From: Octopus vulgaris
Lineage: Eukaryota
Direction of reading: 5' to 3'
Assembly: GCA_951406725.2 (NCBI GenBank)
Contig: OX597823.1
Coordinates: 35,154,001 to 35,218,000, forward strand
Length of the DNA: 64,000 nucleotides
Every line of letters starts with the position of its first letter. Within the stretch, counting starts at the first letter, position 1. Made by a program: the position numbers and the translations under genes. Below are positions 35,930-49,450 of this stretch, piece after piece. Under the pieces are notes generated by a model. That model ran no database searches, was not told the DNA's origin, and worked only from the letters and a program-made list of their open reading frames with translations.

Positions 35930-37057
35930 CGTGTAGCTTTTCAAATTTCTTGCGACGTTATGTTTATGTTGAATAGAGTTTTCGTTATGTTTATGTTCAG
36001 GAGAGTTCTAAATAAGGGAAGGTAGTGAGTGATTTCTTCCGGTGTAAGGGAGATAATCGCTTTAAAATGTTTTCCTTTCCCTTGATGTGAATTTCTCTGT
36101 ATCAGTATGTTCGGATGGTTAAGTCTGGGCTTGTACTTTTCAACGAAGAATGTTTCCTTGTTTAGTCTAAAGCACATTGGTAAAATGGAAAGATTAAAAA
36201 TTGTGGTAGTAGTTGCTTTGCGCATTTCTCAATGTGCTCACTAAAAGGTATCATTCTATATTCTGGGAATGCAATCTGTTGTCGATGCAGTGTGCATCTA
36301 CGTCTGAGTGATAGTCCCGTGGAACCCACGTAGTCTTGGTGGCAGCCCGAGCATTTTATGACATAAATTATGTTTTCAGAGGCACAAGTAAAGTTAGATT
36401 TGATCTTGAATTTCTGCCCCTCTTTAAAGAGGAATTCTTATCCTTCTAGCAGGTTAGGGCATGTTGCACAGTTCGATCTACCACATTTTTTTACTTTTGC
36501 ATCCGTAATTTCAGAAGACAATTTTGCCTTTGTGAGAATCTTTTTAAGTAATTTAGGCTGTTTGTAGCTTTTAATGATTTGGTGTATGTTTAGAATTTCC
36601 TTTAATTTGGGGTCTTTATGAAGTATTGGTAAATTCTGGGTGATGATGGTGAAGGCTTCTTTGTTTCTGGGGTTGTATGTAGATATGTAAGGTAGTATTT
36701 TCGGGTAAGGTGTGTTGTTGTGTTGAACTTTTCTTAAAGTTTCTATGTTGATTTTTGTTGCACGTCTGATCCCATCCTCTATGAGTTGAGCTGGGTAATG
36801 TCTGTCAATTAGGGTGTTTTTGAGTTCTTGCTGTCTAAAGTTCCTGGTATTTTGTTCTGACACTATTGTGCATATCCTTCTTGCAAGGTTGAAGGGGATG
36901 TTTGTTTTAGTGTGTCTTGGGTGGCATGAATTAAAAAGAAGGTATTGTTTGGCGTCTGTGGCTTTGTAAAAAATGTCTGTTTCTATTTTAAGGTTAATTT
37001 TTTTAATTAGTATATCAAAAAAAAAAAAATTAACCTTAAAATAGAAACAGACATTTT
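35930..37057 (-). mobile_element. Penelope-like (Neptune-type) element fragment: RT thumb, Cys linker, GIY-YIG
   Basis: IETDIFYKATDAKQYLLFNSCHPRHTKTNIPFNLARRI; PYISTYNP; KKCGRSNCATC; NIIYVIKCSGCHQDYVGSTG..RRRCTLH; KETFFVEKYKPRLN. Confidence 0.88.
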
Positions 37058-37332
37058 ACTATTATTCTTCCTTTCTTTTTATTATTTTCATTATTACTAG
37101 ATCTTTATGGCTCTTACACCAAAATTACTATCCACTAGTCCCTTGTGACATGAGACTGGCAGTTGTGGGATCACTCATTATTGTCCACATAATCCTTCTT
37201 CTTCTTTGTAACTATTTATAAAGCGAATTGGACATGCATTATAACTTATCTAAATATAGCTATCTGCAAAGAAAAAGAAAGAGAAAAGCAGTGGGGTATA
37301 CAAGAAATACAAGACATACATAGTACTTATGT
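37058..37332. repeat. ~275-bp direct repeat, copy 2
   Basis: Matches 30862-31135. Confidence 0.9.
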
Positions 37333-37629
37333 CCAGCTTTGAATTAATATAATGTACTCTTGACTCTGTATATCTGCATTTAGGTATTAATATGTGTACG
37401 TTTTTCTACATTGTAATTATCACAATATTAAGCTGAATAACTGTAACGTTGGATGTGGAACATATATATGTTTATTGATCTATATTATTTACATTATTGA
37501 TATCATTATGTACATGTATATTTATATGTATAGGAGTGTGAGTATATGCACTCATATGTATATGCATATGTTTTATTATGGGTATGTACCCACACCTATA
37601 TAAATGTGTATGTAATCTGATTTGTATCA

Positions 37630-37728
37630 CATAATCTCCGAAGAGGCCTTAGGATATTTTTGTAAATGTCTCATTTATAACTACGAGACATACTTATCTG
37701 CATGGCCGAAACAGCTGTAAGATGTAGT
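37630..37728 (+). ncRNA. Hammerhead ribozyme-like motif with CCGAAGA (U4C) core
   Basis: Stem I ATCT/AGAT. CCGAAGA 37638-37644. Stem II GGCC..GGCC with inner hairpin ATGTCTC/GAGACAT. GAAA 37708-37711, stem III AC-AGCT-GT, GUA site at 37717-37719. Confidence 0.6.
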
Positions 37729-37951
37729 CTATATCTATAATTATATTTACTTATTTTTATATTATCTTATACATATTGTACTTACTGTATAACATTACTC
37801 CTTTATGTACACTCCTTTATGTACACTATGTTGTTCTACTTTATTATGTTTGTCCTTACAGTTTCTTATGTAGTGGTTTAATAAAGTATGTGATTGAGAA
37901 TTATCTGGTAATCGATATTTGATTTAGATGTATTTCTCCATTTTCTTATTT

Positions 37952-38015
<64 letters not shown>

Positions 38016-38199
38016 CCACCTTTTATCAATTTAGAATGAACAATTAAATTACACTATCTAGAAAATTACATATAACAGAAATTTTAAATATAAAATAACA
38101 ATAATATACCGATTATTAAGTAATGTGCAAAATAATAAATAAAACGTATATATTTGGAGTGTCTACCCTTTAAGCAAAACTTGTTCTACAATACATTTC

Positions 38200-38741
38200 A
38201 ACGCTTCAAAAACAAACTAATGTTTGTTTATATATGACGTAATCTATATGACATCTAGCGTTTCTGGATGACTATGGACTAAATTATAATGGAGTTATTT
38301 CCTGCTTCAAACTCAAGGTGTACAGAAATTGTGATGTAGAAATTTTACATTATTCGTACTCTTAAATGTATTTTCCGTTGACATGTAATTTCTATCTAAT
38401 ACCTTCGCTCGGTAATTTACTACTTCTGTGATACCAATGGACAAGGTTTAATGTAATTGTGGCTGCACTAGAATGATGGGTTGCGCTAACTCTTTGGTTT
38501 AAGATTACTTTGAACAATTAAGTTAAGATGTCTTAAATACATCTATATCTAGTTCTTTCCGCCGTATTATTGAACATTTCGTAATAACTTTTGGTGGAGG
38601 ATATTGTTCATTTTCAACTCTGTTAAGAAGTTTCCAGCTATATTTAAACTAAAACTCTTGCTAATAGAAGGATATTTTTCATGATATTTTTTTTTGGTTT
38701 TGTTGCTCTATGGATATTGTTAGATTAAATATTCACTTTAC

Positions 38742-38774
<33 letters not shown>

Positions 38775-39000
38775 TTGACGTCGATGACAATTATGATGAG
38801 TATAATGATGATATTTATATTTTCTTTGATTCAACTGGCGTCCAGTTATTCCTAGTGTTATTTAGTCATTATTCAACTTTAAAACACGAACACTTTGCTA
38901 CTAAAGGTATTTGAGTAATGGTGTAACCAAAACGAAACTTCTGTTTTAAGTTGTATTTGATGTTTAGAATCGTTGTTGTACATTCTAAGTTCACACCACA
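38200..39000 (-). mobile_element. Highly decayed PLE endonuclease region
   Basis: Minus-strand remnants AATIT..IGITE and PSISKSFSLNIAGNFL, similar to PLE linker and GIY-YIG motifs. Confidence 0.4.
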
Positions 39001-40119
39001 ACAAGATTCTCATTGTTTTTCATTCCTCTAGTAAAGCGTTAATAATATTTCAATATTTAAGACAGCTCTAGTATTGGAGGAAAATCTAAGAAGAGAAAAG
39101 GTTCTGCTATCAATTAATTACAATAGTATTTTGTTATATGAAGGGAAACTATAAAAAGAACCGCTAATTTATGGTAAGTTCTTGGTAAACCAATTCTGCA
39201 TCACAGACTCGTTACCAACTTCAGAAAGTTCCCTTCCTTACTTTTATCATTATATATTTGTTAATAACTTGTTAATAGACCATAGTTTAATACCTGGAAA
39301 TGGGTACCCTTACACAAGAATATTTAACCTTCAATAGTATTTATCCTAACTTTTCAATTCTATAATTTAATTGGGGTTCTTTTTATCTACAACCTACAAC
39401 TGTATGCTAATTCTAAGTCTAATTTGTCTGTCCATTTTGCAACGTTACTTCTATAGTACCGGCAATACACCTATAAAAGTAACGTTCTCGTAGCTAGTCA
39501 AATTAAACTGTTATTCATATCTAAGAAAGTTACTTATTTGGGTCATATTATTCAAGGAATTTATGTCATAGTTCTGACTGGTTGAGCTGTATGTAAACAA
39601 CTAGAGAGAAAACTGTTATAGGAAATATCTTAATGGGATTGTTTGTTTGCAGACGTCAATAATGGCTTTTTATGTTTTCATTTAGTTTTCGCTTTTGTTT
39701 TCTTTTATTTTGTGGAATTTTCCCCAAGTTATTTATTTTTATTGATTTCTAGATCCATTCTATCATTTAGTTATTAGCTATTAACTTTAAAATTATTTTT
39801 GATTTATATTGGTTTGTGTGCGCAGTTGTATTTATATTTTTGTTGTCTGTTTTGTGAGGTTTTTGCTTTTGGAGATAGTAGAAGTAGCGATGGTTGTAGT
39901 AAGTGATTGTAGTAAAAGTAGTAGCAGCAGTAATAGTAGTTGTAGTTGTGGTGGTGATGTTGTTGGTGGTAGTGGTGGGGATTAATGTTGTTGATTTGTC
40001 TATTTTCAGAAATCGAATGTACAGTGATGCAGGAAAATTGTTGACGCTTTAAAAGGGTTATGATTGTCTACTATATCACAAACAAATATTTCTTATAAAC
40101 AGAAACGACATAGACATGC

Positions 40120-40258
40120 ATATGTATGTATGTATGTGTATGTATGTATGTATGTATGTATGTATGTATGTATGTATGTGTAGGTATATGTATGCTTGTA
40201 TGTATGTGTGTGCGTATGTATGCATGCATGCATATGTGTGTGTGTGTGTATGAGAGTC

Positions 40259-40348
<90 letters not shown>
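40120..40348. repeat. (TATG)n + (GA)n microsatellite
   Basis: Directly visible. Confidence 0.95.
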
Positions 40349-40353
<5 letters not shown>

Positions 40354-41023
40354 GAATATGAAGTGGGAAAAGATAGATAATGGTTTCCGCGTACATTCCA
40401 ACAAAAACAGCAGAGGTTGTTGGTTTAATACATTGCAAGAAATGAGTATCTAGTGCGTTTAAGATAGTAGCAGCAACAAGTTGAATGAATGATTATATAT
40501 TTTCCTTTATCAAACCACCCGGTCAATAGTCAGAATATTTAAAAAAAATAAAATGATATTCTATAAAGTCTTTTAAACTATTTTTGTTTTTTTTGCACTG
40601 ACTACTTTCAAATTATAATCATTTCAGTTACACGGTAAATAGTGTACAGGAAGACTCAAATATCATAGGTTATCAAGTACTAGAGTAAAGCCGGATATAT
40701 ATTTTCATCATATCGAAATATTCTAGAAATGTATCGCATCTTAGCGAACCTTTTCATTCAAATCAACAAAACCACAGTTTCAAAGTGGAAGACGTAATTA
40801 TAATCGTATTTCAGATACCATGGAATTTAATAAGTTTATAACTCTATGCGTTTCTTGAAAAAAGGGGGAAATGACTCTACTTGTAGGTAAAAGTAGGTAA
40901 AAGAGATAACTTTCTCAATTCGGAACGATGAGAAGAAACTGATTAATGTTGAGTACGTGACTCTGGAGATTAGTATATTAGAACATGCCTAAAATAAGTC
41001 TATTTTCTGAGTGAAACATTCTA

Positions 41024-41562
41024 AGGAATATTTATTTTCGCTTAAATGCGGATGTTCTGTTAGTACAAACTTTATTGCGTCATTTACCACGAGAGAAACT
41101 CTCATACAGGATTTTAGTGCAGAATGAACGCTTGTTTGTTTATATCGCCAGCTTCCAACCAACTTCCGCGCCGAGGCCACCAGTTCCCGTGATTTCGATC
41201 TTCCTTGATCTCCTCGGTGATAGATGCTCGGCCGGAGTGTCGCTAATATATATATTATCAAGCTAACTGTCTAATCGCAACACTAGTGCCTATTCTGGTA
41301 CTGATTTTCTATATATCGCTAACGGAGAGATAAGTCACTGCTATCTCTAGTGTCTATCACCAAGGAGATCAAGAATGATCGAAATCACGTTTTCTCGTGG
41401 TCTCGGCGCTAGAGTTGATGGAAAGTTATCTTCCCACTCGTGATATAAACGAACAAGCTTGATATAAACAAACAAGCCTACATCAGAGTTTCCCTCATGG
41501 TAAATACCGCAGTAGAGTTTGTTCTAACAGAACATCCACACTTAAGTGGGAATAAATATTTC
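41024..41562. repeat. Long imperfect inverted repeat (arms ~41024-41228 and ~41350-41562)
   Basis: GGATGTTCTGTTAG/CTAACAGAACATCC, GCTTGTTTGTTTATATC/GATATAAACAAACAAGC, CGTGATTTCGATC/GATCGAAATCACG, CTTGATCTCCT.GGTGATAGA/TCTATCACC.AGGAGATCAAG. Confidence 0.85.
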
Positions 41563-43312
41563 CTCTCGATACTAATGCTGCCTCTGTCACGAATATATAT
41601 ATTAACAAGCTAACTCTAAGGAATATTTTGTATGAACATTAGAAAAAGAAAGTTTTAACACGTGATGAGCTCAAAAGGCAACAAATTTATAGGTTGTTAT
41701 GGAAACAAATAAATAACAGTCTACTGATATCTATCGTTTTATAGGTTAATATATGAGATAGTCCCAGAAAAATCTTTTGCGGCAGGAATTGGCAGCGCAC
41801 ACTTAAATATAGGATGGCACAAATTTTGACAGATATCATAGTCATCACGCAGTTCTTCACAAAAGCTATTATATGTTATTAAGAAGTTAATTGTTCTCAA
41901 CCTATATCTTGATTTATATCTAGTTCACAAAGTATGTGAAATATTTCTGCACGAAAGCCATTATTGCGCAGAAAGTAACAACAGAACGATCCTACGGGAA
42001 GCTCTGAGTTCAACAACATTGATTTCAATATTTTCGGTGTTCTTCCGATGTAGCAATAGAATTGCAGTTTCCAACCGACAGAGAATCGATTTACATCACA
42101 AATTTAAATATGCTGTATTAAATTTTTAATTATACCATTCCACCATTGATTTAAAATTTAATCCAACTAAGGAATTTCCTAATAATTATCACGTAAATTT
42201 ATGCTATAAAAATCGTTGTTCCAAAGATTTCGCAGGATACTTTTGAACGCATTGGAATACAGTGCATCCACCATGCTGTGTTACTTTATTGTCCTTGGAT
42301 TCGACATTTTGCAATACTTTAATTATTCTTGTAGAGATGTTTCTGCCTTGATAATCTAAATCTCATTAGTTTTCTCGTTTCACTCTCAGCTTCATCCTTG
42401 CCCCCTCTCTGTAAAATTATAAAATAATACTTCAATATTTTTTCAATGCACAATATCTCAATATCACATTGTACAAACTCAGGATTCTTTATTTACGATG
42501 GATGTTTTATCTCGGTTCTTCTGATCTAACACTTTTAAGTGTGAGCTACATTTAAAATGCAAGCAAAATACTTTTTGTTAAGTATTTTTTTATTTTCTGA
42601 ATGATGCAACTTAGTAACTGTTTGCCTTTTTTGTGAAAAATATTAAATTAGTTGCTTATACGAACTGTGTTAAAACACTTGATAAACAACAGTAAGCATA
42701 TCTTCTTAATCTGCAGGGATTTTACATTAAATACAGATTCTAAAAACCAATATTTTCTTCAATAGAAAAATGTCAAAATTTAAAAGTGATTGTTATGTTT
42801 AGATTTGACTAAAACGACAAGTAGCAAAATTATTGCTTCAATTTTAGATGAAAGCAGTAATTTATTGAGTTTGTTTAGAAAGAAAATATAAATCTTTGGA
42901 AAAAATAATTTCCTTGTAACAAAACTTAGTGATTTAATCTTATTGATTTAATCATTATCATTCAGAATAGTATTTTACGTAGAAATTATGAAAATTAAAA
43001 TGCAAATACATCATAAATGAAATTACAAATATTATGCCAGGAAAAAAAAAATACTAGTTACAAATATTCAATATTAATTTTAAGTAATCTTTGAAGATTT
43101 ATTCTTTTCTTTCGCAGTGAAAGAGTGCATGTCTCTAATATGCGTGTTAATGGTGGTCGAACATGTGGCAGAGACAGTTAAAATAACTTTTAAAACATAA
43201 CATTGAAGGTTGGGGTCCAGTTGAAATACGCGACCTGGAATGAAGTGGATACCAATTTATTGATAGCTAACCTTGTGCAGAAGTTTGAAATCATTATTGT
43301 AGTTATAGACAT

Positions 43313-43675
43313 ATTCTTTTATTCTTATATTCTTTTACTCGTTTCAGTAATTTGACTACGGTCATGCTGGAGCACCGCCTTTAGTCGAGGAAATCGACCC
43401 TAGGACTTATTTGTAAGCCTAGTACTTATTCTATCGCCCTGTTTTGCCGAACCGGTTGTCAAGCGATGGTGGGAGGGGGAAAACACAGACACTAATACAC
43501 ACACACATATACGACGGGATTTTTTCAGTTTCCGTCTACCATATACACTCAAAAGGCTTTGGTTGGCTCGAGGTTATAGTAGAAGATACTTGCCCAAGGT
43601 GCCACGCAGTGGGACTGAACTCGGAACGATGTGGTTGGGATGCAAGCGTCTTACCACACAGCCACTCCTGCGCCT
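43313..43675 (-). mobile_element. tRNA-derived SINE (CR1-tailed family)
   Basis: Aligns end to end with 5319-5732. Confidence 0.85.
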
Positions 43676-44599
43676 ACCTTGAAGAATCATACAAATACAG
43701 TTGCGAACGTCGTTTTCTATTCCGAATTAATGGCTTTTTACCCGAAGTTTACGAATTAATTACTTGTGAAACATTTTCCCTCCTTCTTACGCTTTATTTA
43801 TAATGGTAAGGGGTTTAGTGCATTCATATTTATACGTAGATTATAATTTGTTACAGCAGTGGCTGAATGACATGATGCAGCATATAGGCATGGTGTGGGA
43901 AGATAATAAGTCTGACGGGTAGATTCGAGGACAATTGCATATATTTGTAAGGTTTATACCAAGTGTTACGAATAATTTTTGTCTTGTTTGTCTTGTTTTT
44001 ACATTGTTTCAAAGTGACATCACTAGACCAGAATGTCATTAGAACAGAGTGCTGAAGATTTGTTAAATTCTAAATCAATAGCAAACTTCCAAAATCTAAT
44101 TTCCAAAAGTTCCACGCATGTTTGAAAAGATGTTTATTGACAATATGTTGATATTCACGTGAGCCTTGGTTTTTCATGGATCAGAGGTGAAAATTATCTT
44201 GGCTTATGTGCTCGAACCCTAGTGAATCTTCAAATTCCAATATGGTCCTAAGCAACTTACACAGTCAAAACCTGTACATCTGACAAGCAAGAATGAAGAG
44301 TAGACATGCAAAAGATCTTATTTCCAAAGCGAATGTCAGCCTCAGATAAGATGCATACTGCATTTTACAACAAATACCCCAACTGATTGCTCAACAGATA
44401 AATAAACATATACAATAGCTGAAAAAATAAATCAGCGTACAGTTAGTCTGATTGTGGAAATGTTTTCGGTAATACTGCTCAGCAAATGGTTACGAAGATT
44501 CTTTTTCCTGGTAATACATTTTGTAGAAATTAATATAAAGAATTGTATATCCGAAAATAGGAAGAATTTATTTATATTCAACATTTATCAAAAACACAA

Positions 44600-45000
44600 T
44601 CTGTTACCTGTATCAGATTAATTAAAATGATGAAACAATCCACTCGTTTCTATTTTGCAAGGAATTAAAAAAAACACACATCACAAGATATTTTCCAAAC
44701 CTTTTCTGGGCATTTAGAAAGAATTGAGATTTCGGTTCTAGATCAGACTGTGGATTGTATAAAAGAAATGGATGTCAAAACACTGAGGTTTAATTCTGTA
44801 CTCGTCGGTTTGCTGACTATCCATAGAAAAAAAATTCAAAACGGATTTTGAAACTGAAGAAGCTATTAAGAGAATTTTTGGAAATTGGGTTATTTGGCCG
44901 ACATCTTTACTGGTTGAATATGTTCAATGCCAATGTTCAAAACTGCAATGACAATATCTACAAGATTACAATAAGCAACTGTATTAAAAAAAAATCCTGC
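44600..45000 (+). mobile_element. Possible decayed hAT (Buster/ZBED-like) transposase remnant
   Basis: KLGYLADIF..N..N.NVQNCNDNI resembles the LAYLADIF..LN.LN..LQG motif; heavily broken. Confidence 0.35.
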
Positions 45001-45266
45001 TAAGATGTTTTAAAACTAGCTTCATCAAAGGAATTGAATTGTGTGATGGGACTTATAATTAATTAAAAAGTTCAAAAATGACTTATTTTTTTTATTATTT
45101 AAGGTAGTGAACAAAATAAATAGTTTAAGGCTAAAGTGCACAAGTGAATTGAAAAAAAACGGAGCAGTGAAAAATACAATGATTAGAAAGAGAGTGGAGA
45201 AAAGAAATAAAAATTAGCAAAATGCATAAAATATTATGGAAATGTTTGTTGGATAAAAGTCACAAT

Positions 45267-45606
45267 CTGAGACCCCCTTCGGTCACGACACAGACCATGG
45301 GATTGCACCTAGAAAGTTACCCTCCCAGGCACAAGTCCGGGCAAGGTTGTTTATGGAAGACCAGCAGTCGCCCATGCATACCGGCTTCCCTTCTCCACGC
45401 CACCAGTGTTATCCAAAGGAAAGGCAAAGGCCGATACAGCTTGGCACCTGTGACGTTGCAACTCATTTCTACAGCTGAGTGAACTGGAGCAACGTGAAAT
45501 AAAGTCTCTTGCTCAAGAACACAACACGCAGCCCGGTCCGGGATTCGAGCTCACAACCTCACGATCGTAAGCTCGACTCTCTGACCACCGAGCCATGCGC
45601 CTTCAC
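45267..45606 (-). mobile_element. tRNA-derived SINE with CORE-like centre
   Basis: Minus-strand head GGCGCATGGCTCGGTGG..GAGCTCGAATCCCGG, then TGTGTTCTTGAGCAAG..CACTCAGCTGTAGAAATG. AAGTCACAA on both flanks. A related copy lies at ~55130-55310. Confidence 0.82.
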
Positions 45607-47329
45607 ATAAGTCACAAAAGTCACAATAAAGTCAAGATAAAACTACAACTTAGAGTATTCCATGTTAACAGACAGGCTTTAACAGGATTTTCATTCCAAA
45701 AGAGATCTGGAATTTACGTTAACAAGATGGTTATGTGTGTGTATGCGCGCGCGCGCGTTTGTGTGAATAATTGTAGATGCAGTTCCTAAAATAATGGGTT
45801 GTTAGATAAATTCGTTCATTTCTCGCATTTATTTTAATACTTTTTATAATATTATCCAACATGTCTCTGCAACCGAAAAAGTGTAGGTCTGAACAATGTC
45901 GCCATGAACAGAAAGCTAATAGACATACTAGACAGAGAAAGATTGCAACGAATCAGTAAACATAGTCAGTTCTAAATTATTCAACCGAACAACTGAACAA
46001 TTTGTTCAAGTTTACAGCAATGATAATGCTACTTTTGTAAACTAAACCATCCAAAACATTGCAGCCACACAAGACTCACCACCCAAAATATGATGCTTCT
46101 TGTCTTGGAAATCACAGTCATGTCAAAGACCTCTATTGGTGCTAGTTGTTTCATTATTAAAATACTATTGAAACCACTGGTTAACCATTTGATTTCCAAA
46201 CACTTTTAGTTTCTGTGAGATTTAATTTTGCCATGATTGTCATCAAATTGAGAACCAAGACAATCGTTTGTCCCGACATTTTGAAGAAGGTAAAAACAGT
46301 AAGCAAACTTATAATCCTTACATCAGACACAATGACAGTGATCTTTACCGCTTACTCATATCATTTGTAATGCAGAAAAATTCACATTACTGCAGAGTAT
46401 TTTTTTTCGTTGAAATACCTAGACACCACCTGGTATTTTGTTAAGATCTTGTGTGCGCGCGCGGTAAGTGTATGTACATATGTGTGTATTACTATTATGT
46501 TACTTGTTGTTGGTGCTTTAGTGTTAAATCTGTCCTAACCAAGAAGACCTATGATTAGGTCTTGTACCTATGGTTATGTATTGTAACCTCGATCATTCTA
46601 TAATACGAATACAGTACTTAACGTGATATTTTAAACGGTAGACGTGATAAGGGAAGCATTTCGAATGTTCATATCGGAACTTTGTACATTCCCACCATTA
46701 CCACCAGTGAAATAGATTTACTTGATATACAGCGTGAACCTCTGTACGCTCTCACTTGATAGTGACTATTCTAGAAGATTGCAGCTCCGAAGCGGAATGT
46801 TTAGAAACATTGTTTTCTTGATAAGGCATTGAATTCTGTGTTTGTGTTGTTGAAGATTAGATTTTCATATTCCAACTGGAGACTTGGTTTGAAGCTACTA
46901 TGGCTGTAGAAAGTAATAAAGCAATAAATCTTGGTATCATATACGCAGTTATATGAATTGCTAGAAGAGAAAGTAAGTTGCCGATATTCGGAATGTGGAA
47001 TATAAAGTATATTATTGTCACGCGTGAGAGACCAAACGTGAGAGAATGTGAGTCGGATGGAAAGCTCCACCCGCGCTTGTGGTAGAAAAGCAGCTTGCAA
47101 AAAATTCCATATCTTAAGCGACAGATTGAGCGTATATGCAAATAAATTATTCATGAGATATTCATACTACACTCGAGTGGAAACTTTTTTGATGTTAAGA
47201 GTGACTATAGAATCAGAATATATCCATTGGTAAATTCAGAAATGTTTACAATTTTGGAAGAATATACCAAATTGTTGTTGTGTCTAGAGAGACTCATTAT
47301 GTCAATATTATCAACACACGCACTGGCTT

Positions 47330-49450
47330 AATTCCACAAGCAGATCATATGTTGCTCTTATCTGAGAGGCACTATGTACCACATGTCATGCCATGTGAGA
47401 GATTTCTGCATTGCAGCATTCTAAATTGTCCATCGCCCCTGTTGAGATTGCTGGATGGCTTTCACACACCTATTTCTTTTCTTCTTCACTCCTGACCTGA
47501 ATCACAAAATTACTTTGGACTTTTGCTTTTGATCACCACTGCACATTGGTATTTCCCAATCCTTACTTTCCTGTCTGGATAATCCCCATTACCTCTTTGG
47601 TCTTCCGATTCTTTTCAGCATCAGCAATTGCATCCACGACTTTTTACTTCTTTCCTGTCTTTAGGCTTGGCTGCACTAATCTAACCACGCAATCTTTGGA
47701 GTTTTTGAGTATTAATTGCAATTTTGTTTTCCCTGCCTTGTACTTTTCAACCAAGGACTTGAGAGGTAATCTTAGTTTTGTCCTCTTGAAGCAGAGAGTA
47801 ACATCAGTCAGACTCGGGTGTACACCAAGCCACTTTCTGGTGTACTTGTTTATTTTTGCCTCCATTGTTTTCAAAGACGAAGTTGCATTTCATACACTAG
47901 CAGGAGCCAAAGCAACATTGGTATCAGCATATGCTGAAGAGACCAGGCCTTGTATTTGCCGGATAAAGGACGCTTGTCGATCTTGACTAGGCTCCCCTCT
48001 ACTGTCTTGGAAGTTTCCTTCACCTGGTTGGCGTCTTTCAGGGTCTTGTCATACCATATTCCAAAACTTTCATTGGCCACCAACTTCGAAGCTGATAACT
48101 TTCTTCACTTTCCCTTTCCATAAGGAGGGGCTCCTAGATTTCTTGGGTTTGAAAGCCATTCTGCAACAGACCATCAACTCGTCCAGTTGATTGAGCAGAT
48201 TCCGGGTTTCTGACTCATTGGATTCACGGATAGTAGTATCGTCCACGTAGGCTTTCAAGGGTGACATCTGATATCCACCACCAAGGTCTGCTTTGCTTTC
48301 TGCTGCTCTGAGAAGTATCTGCATCACCATTACGAAGGATATTGGTAACACTACAGAACCCATCGCAATTCCAACCTCCAAACTAGCCAGGATAATTTGG
48401 AGATTGTGTATCTCTTGGTGTTGAATCGCATCTGAAACTCCGTGAAGTAGGAATCAAGCATTTCGCGTATTGATCCTGGTAGATGATATATTGGACGTGC
48501 TTGTTGAATCATCTGATGAGGAACAGAGCCATATGCATTTGCTAGATCTTGACCAGACTACATAAAGGTCAGTCCTATTCTCTTTTGCCTTCTGAATTGC
48601 TCCCCAGCTCATGCTCCCATGTTCAAGACATTCAGCTATCCCTGGTACATCACCCTTTTGAACGGGCATGTCCACATAACCATTATGGTCAGTTTGAGAG
48701 CCACTATCGAGAAGAATATCTTCCTTTTGAGATCCAGGAGTGAAATTGGTCGGCATTGATTGATTCCTTTTGAGTCTTGTTCCTTTGGTATGTACAATCC
48801 ATCTGCCTTCATCCATTGGCCAGTGTGAGTCTTCCATGCAACCATTTCAGAACATTTGGGCATTTCTTATACAGGAGATATGGTATGCCATTCGATTCCG
48901 GAGCTGACCTATTCCTTGCCTTATTGGTAACGTGCCTGACTTCAGCGCGTGTTGGAGGCTTGTTGTTGAATTCCACCCCAGGACGACTTGTCTACACCAA
49001 GTTTGTTGTCTTCCTAAGGTGAGCTTCAAGAGATACTTTCGCAACATCCAGTACACCTAACCGTGTTTGATCAAAGAGGCTCCCAGCGTATTTGATCGGC
49101 TTACTGAAGAATCGGCCCTGCTCTTTTTTCCGCTTAAGTATTTTTTCCTTAAGTATTCTACTGTGATGAAGGCGCTGTGCTTTTCTTTGAGGTCTTTCCA
49201 AATATTCAACAGACCTTCCTTCTCTTCAGGACTTGAGGTCCGCAGCTGTTTCTTCAGGCATTTTTTTCTATATCTTATGGATTCCATCTCCCTTCCCCAC
49301 CTATTTTTTCTGGTTGTTTGCCTGATCTCTCCTTTAACACCAAAGTGCTCTGCAAATATTATACATCGCTTCACATTCAAGGTACCCAATTTATTGTACA
49401 ATGCCTTGTAGACTTCTTTATCAAATATTTCGCAGTCCTGTGAATCCATA
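47330..49450 (-). mobile_element. Decayed Hero-clade (RLE-type) LINE RT region
   Basis: YIPKEQDSKGINQCRPISLL, VQKG.VPG..CLEH, DLANAYGSVPH, GIAMGS, KAYVDDTT, KINKYTRKWLGV. Confidence 0.78.

Noticed and set aside
30862-37332. LTR retrotransposon bounded by the 275-bp repeats
   Set aside because: No TG..CA termini, PBS, PPT, TSD or gag/pol; the interior is a CR1 plus a PLE.
39100-46470. Scattered splice-like signals (GTAAGT at ~39174 and ~46464; acceptors at ~40009 and ~43118) suggesting a multi-exon gene
   Set aside because: No coherent reading frame or recognisable protein could be assembled by eye; RNA-seq is needed.
48510-48540. CTGATGAGG hammerhead-like word
   Set aside because: It is the antisense of the RT codons for VPHQM in the Hero LINE; no GAAA or stems.
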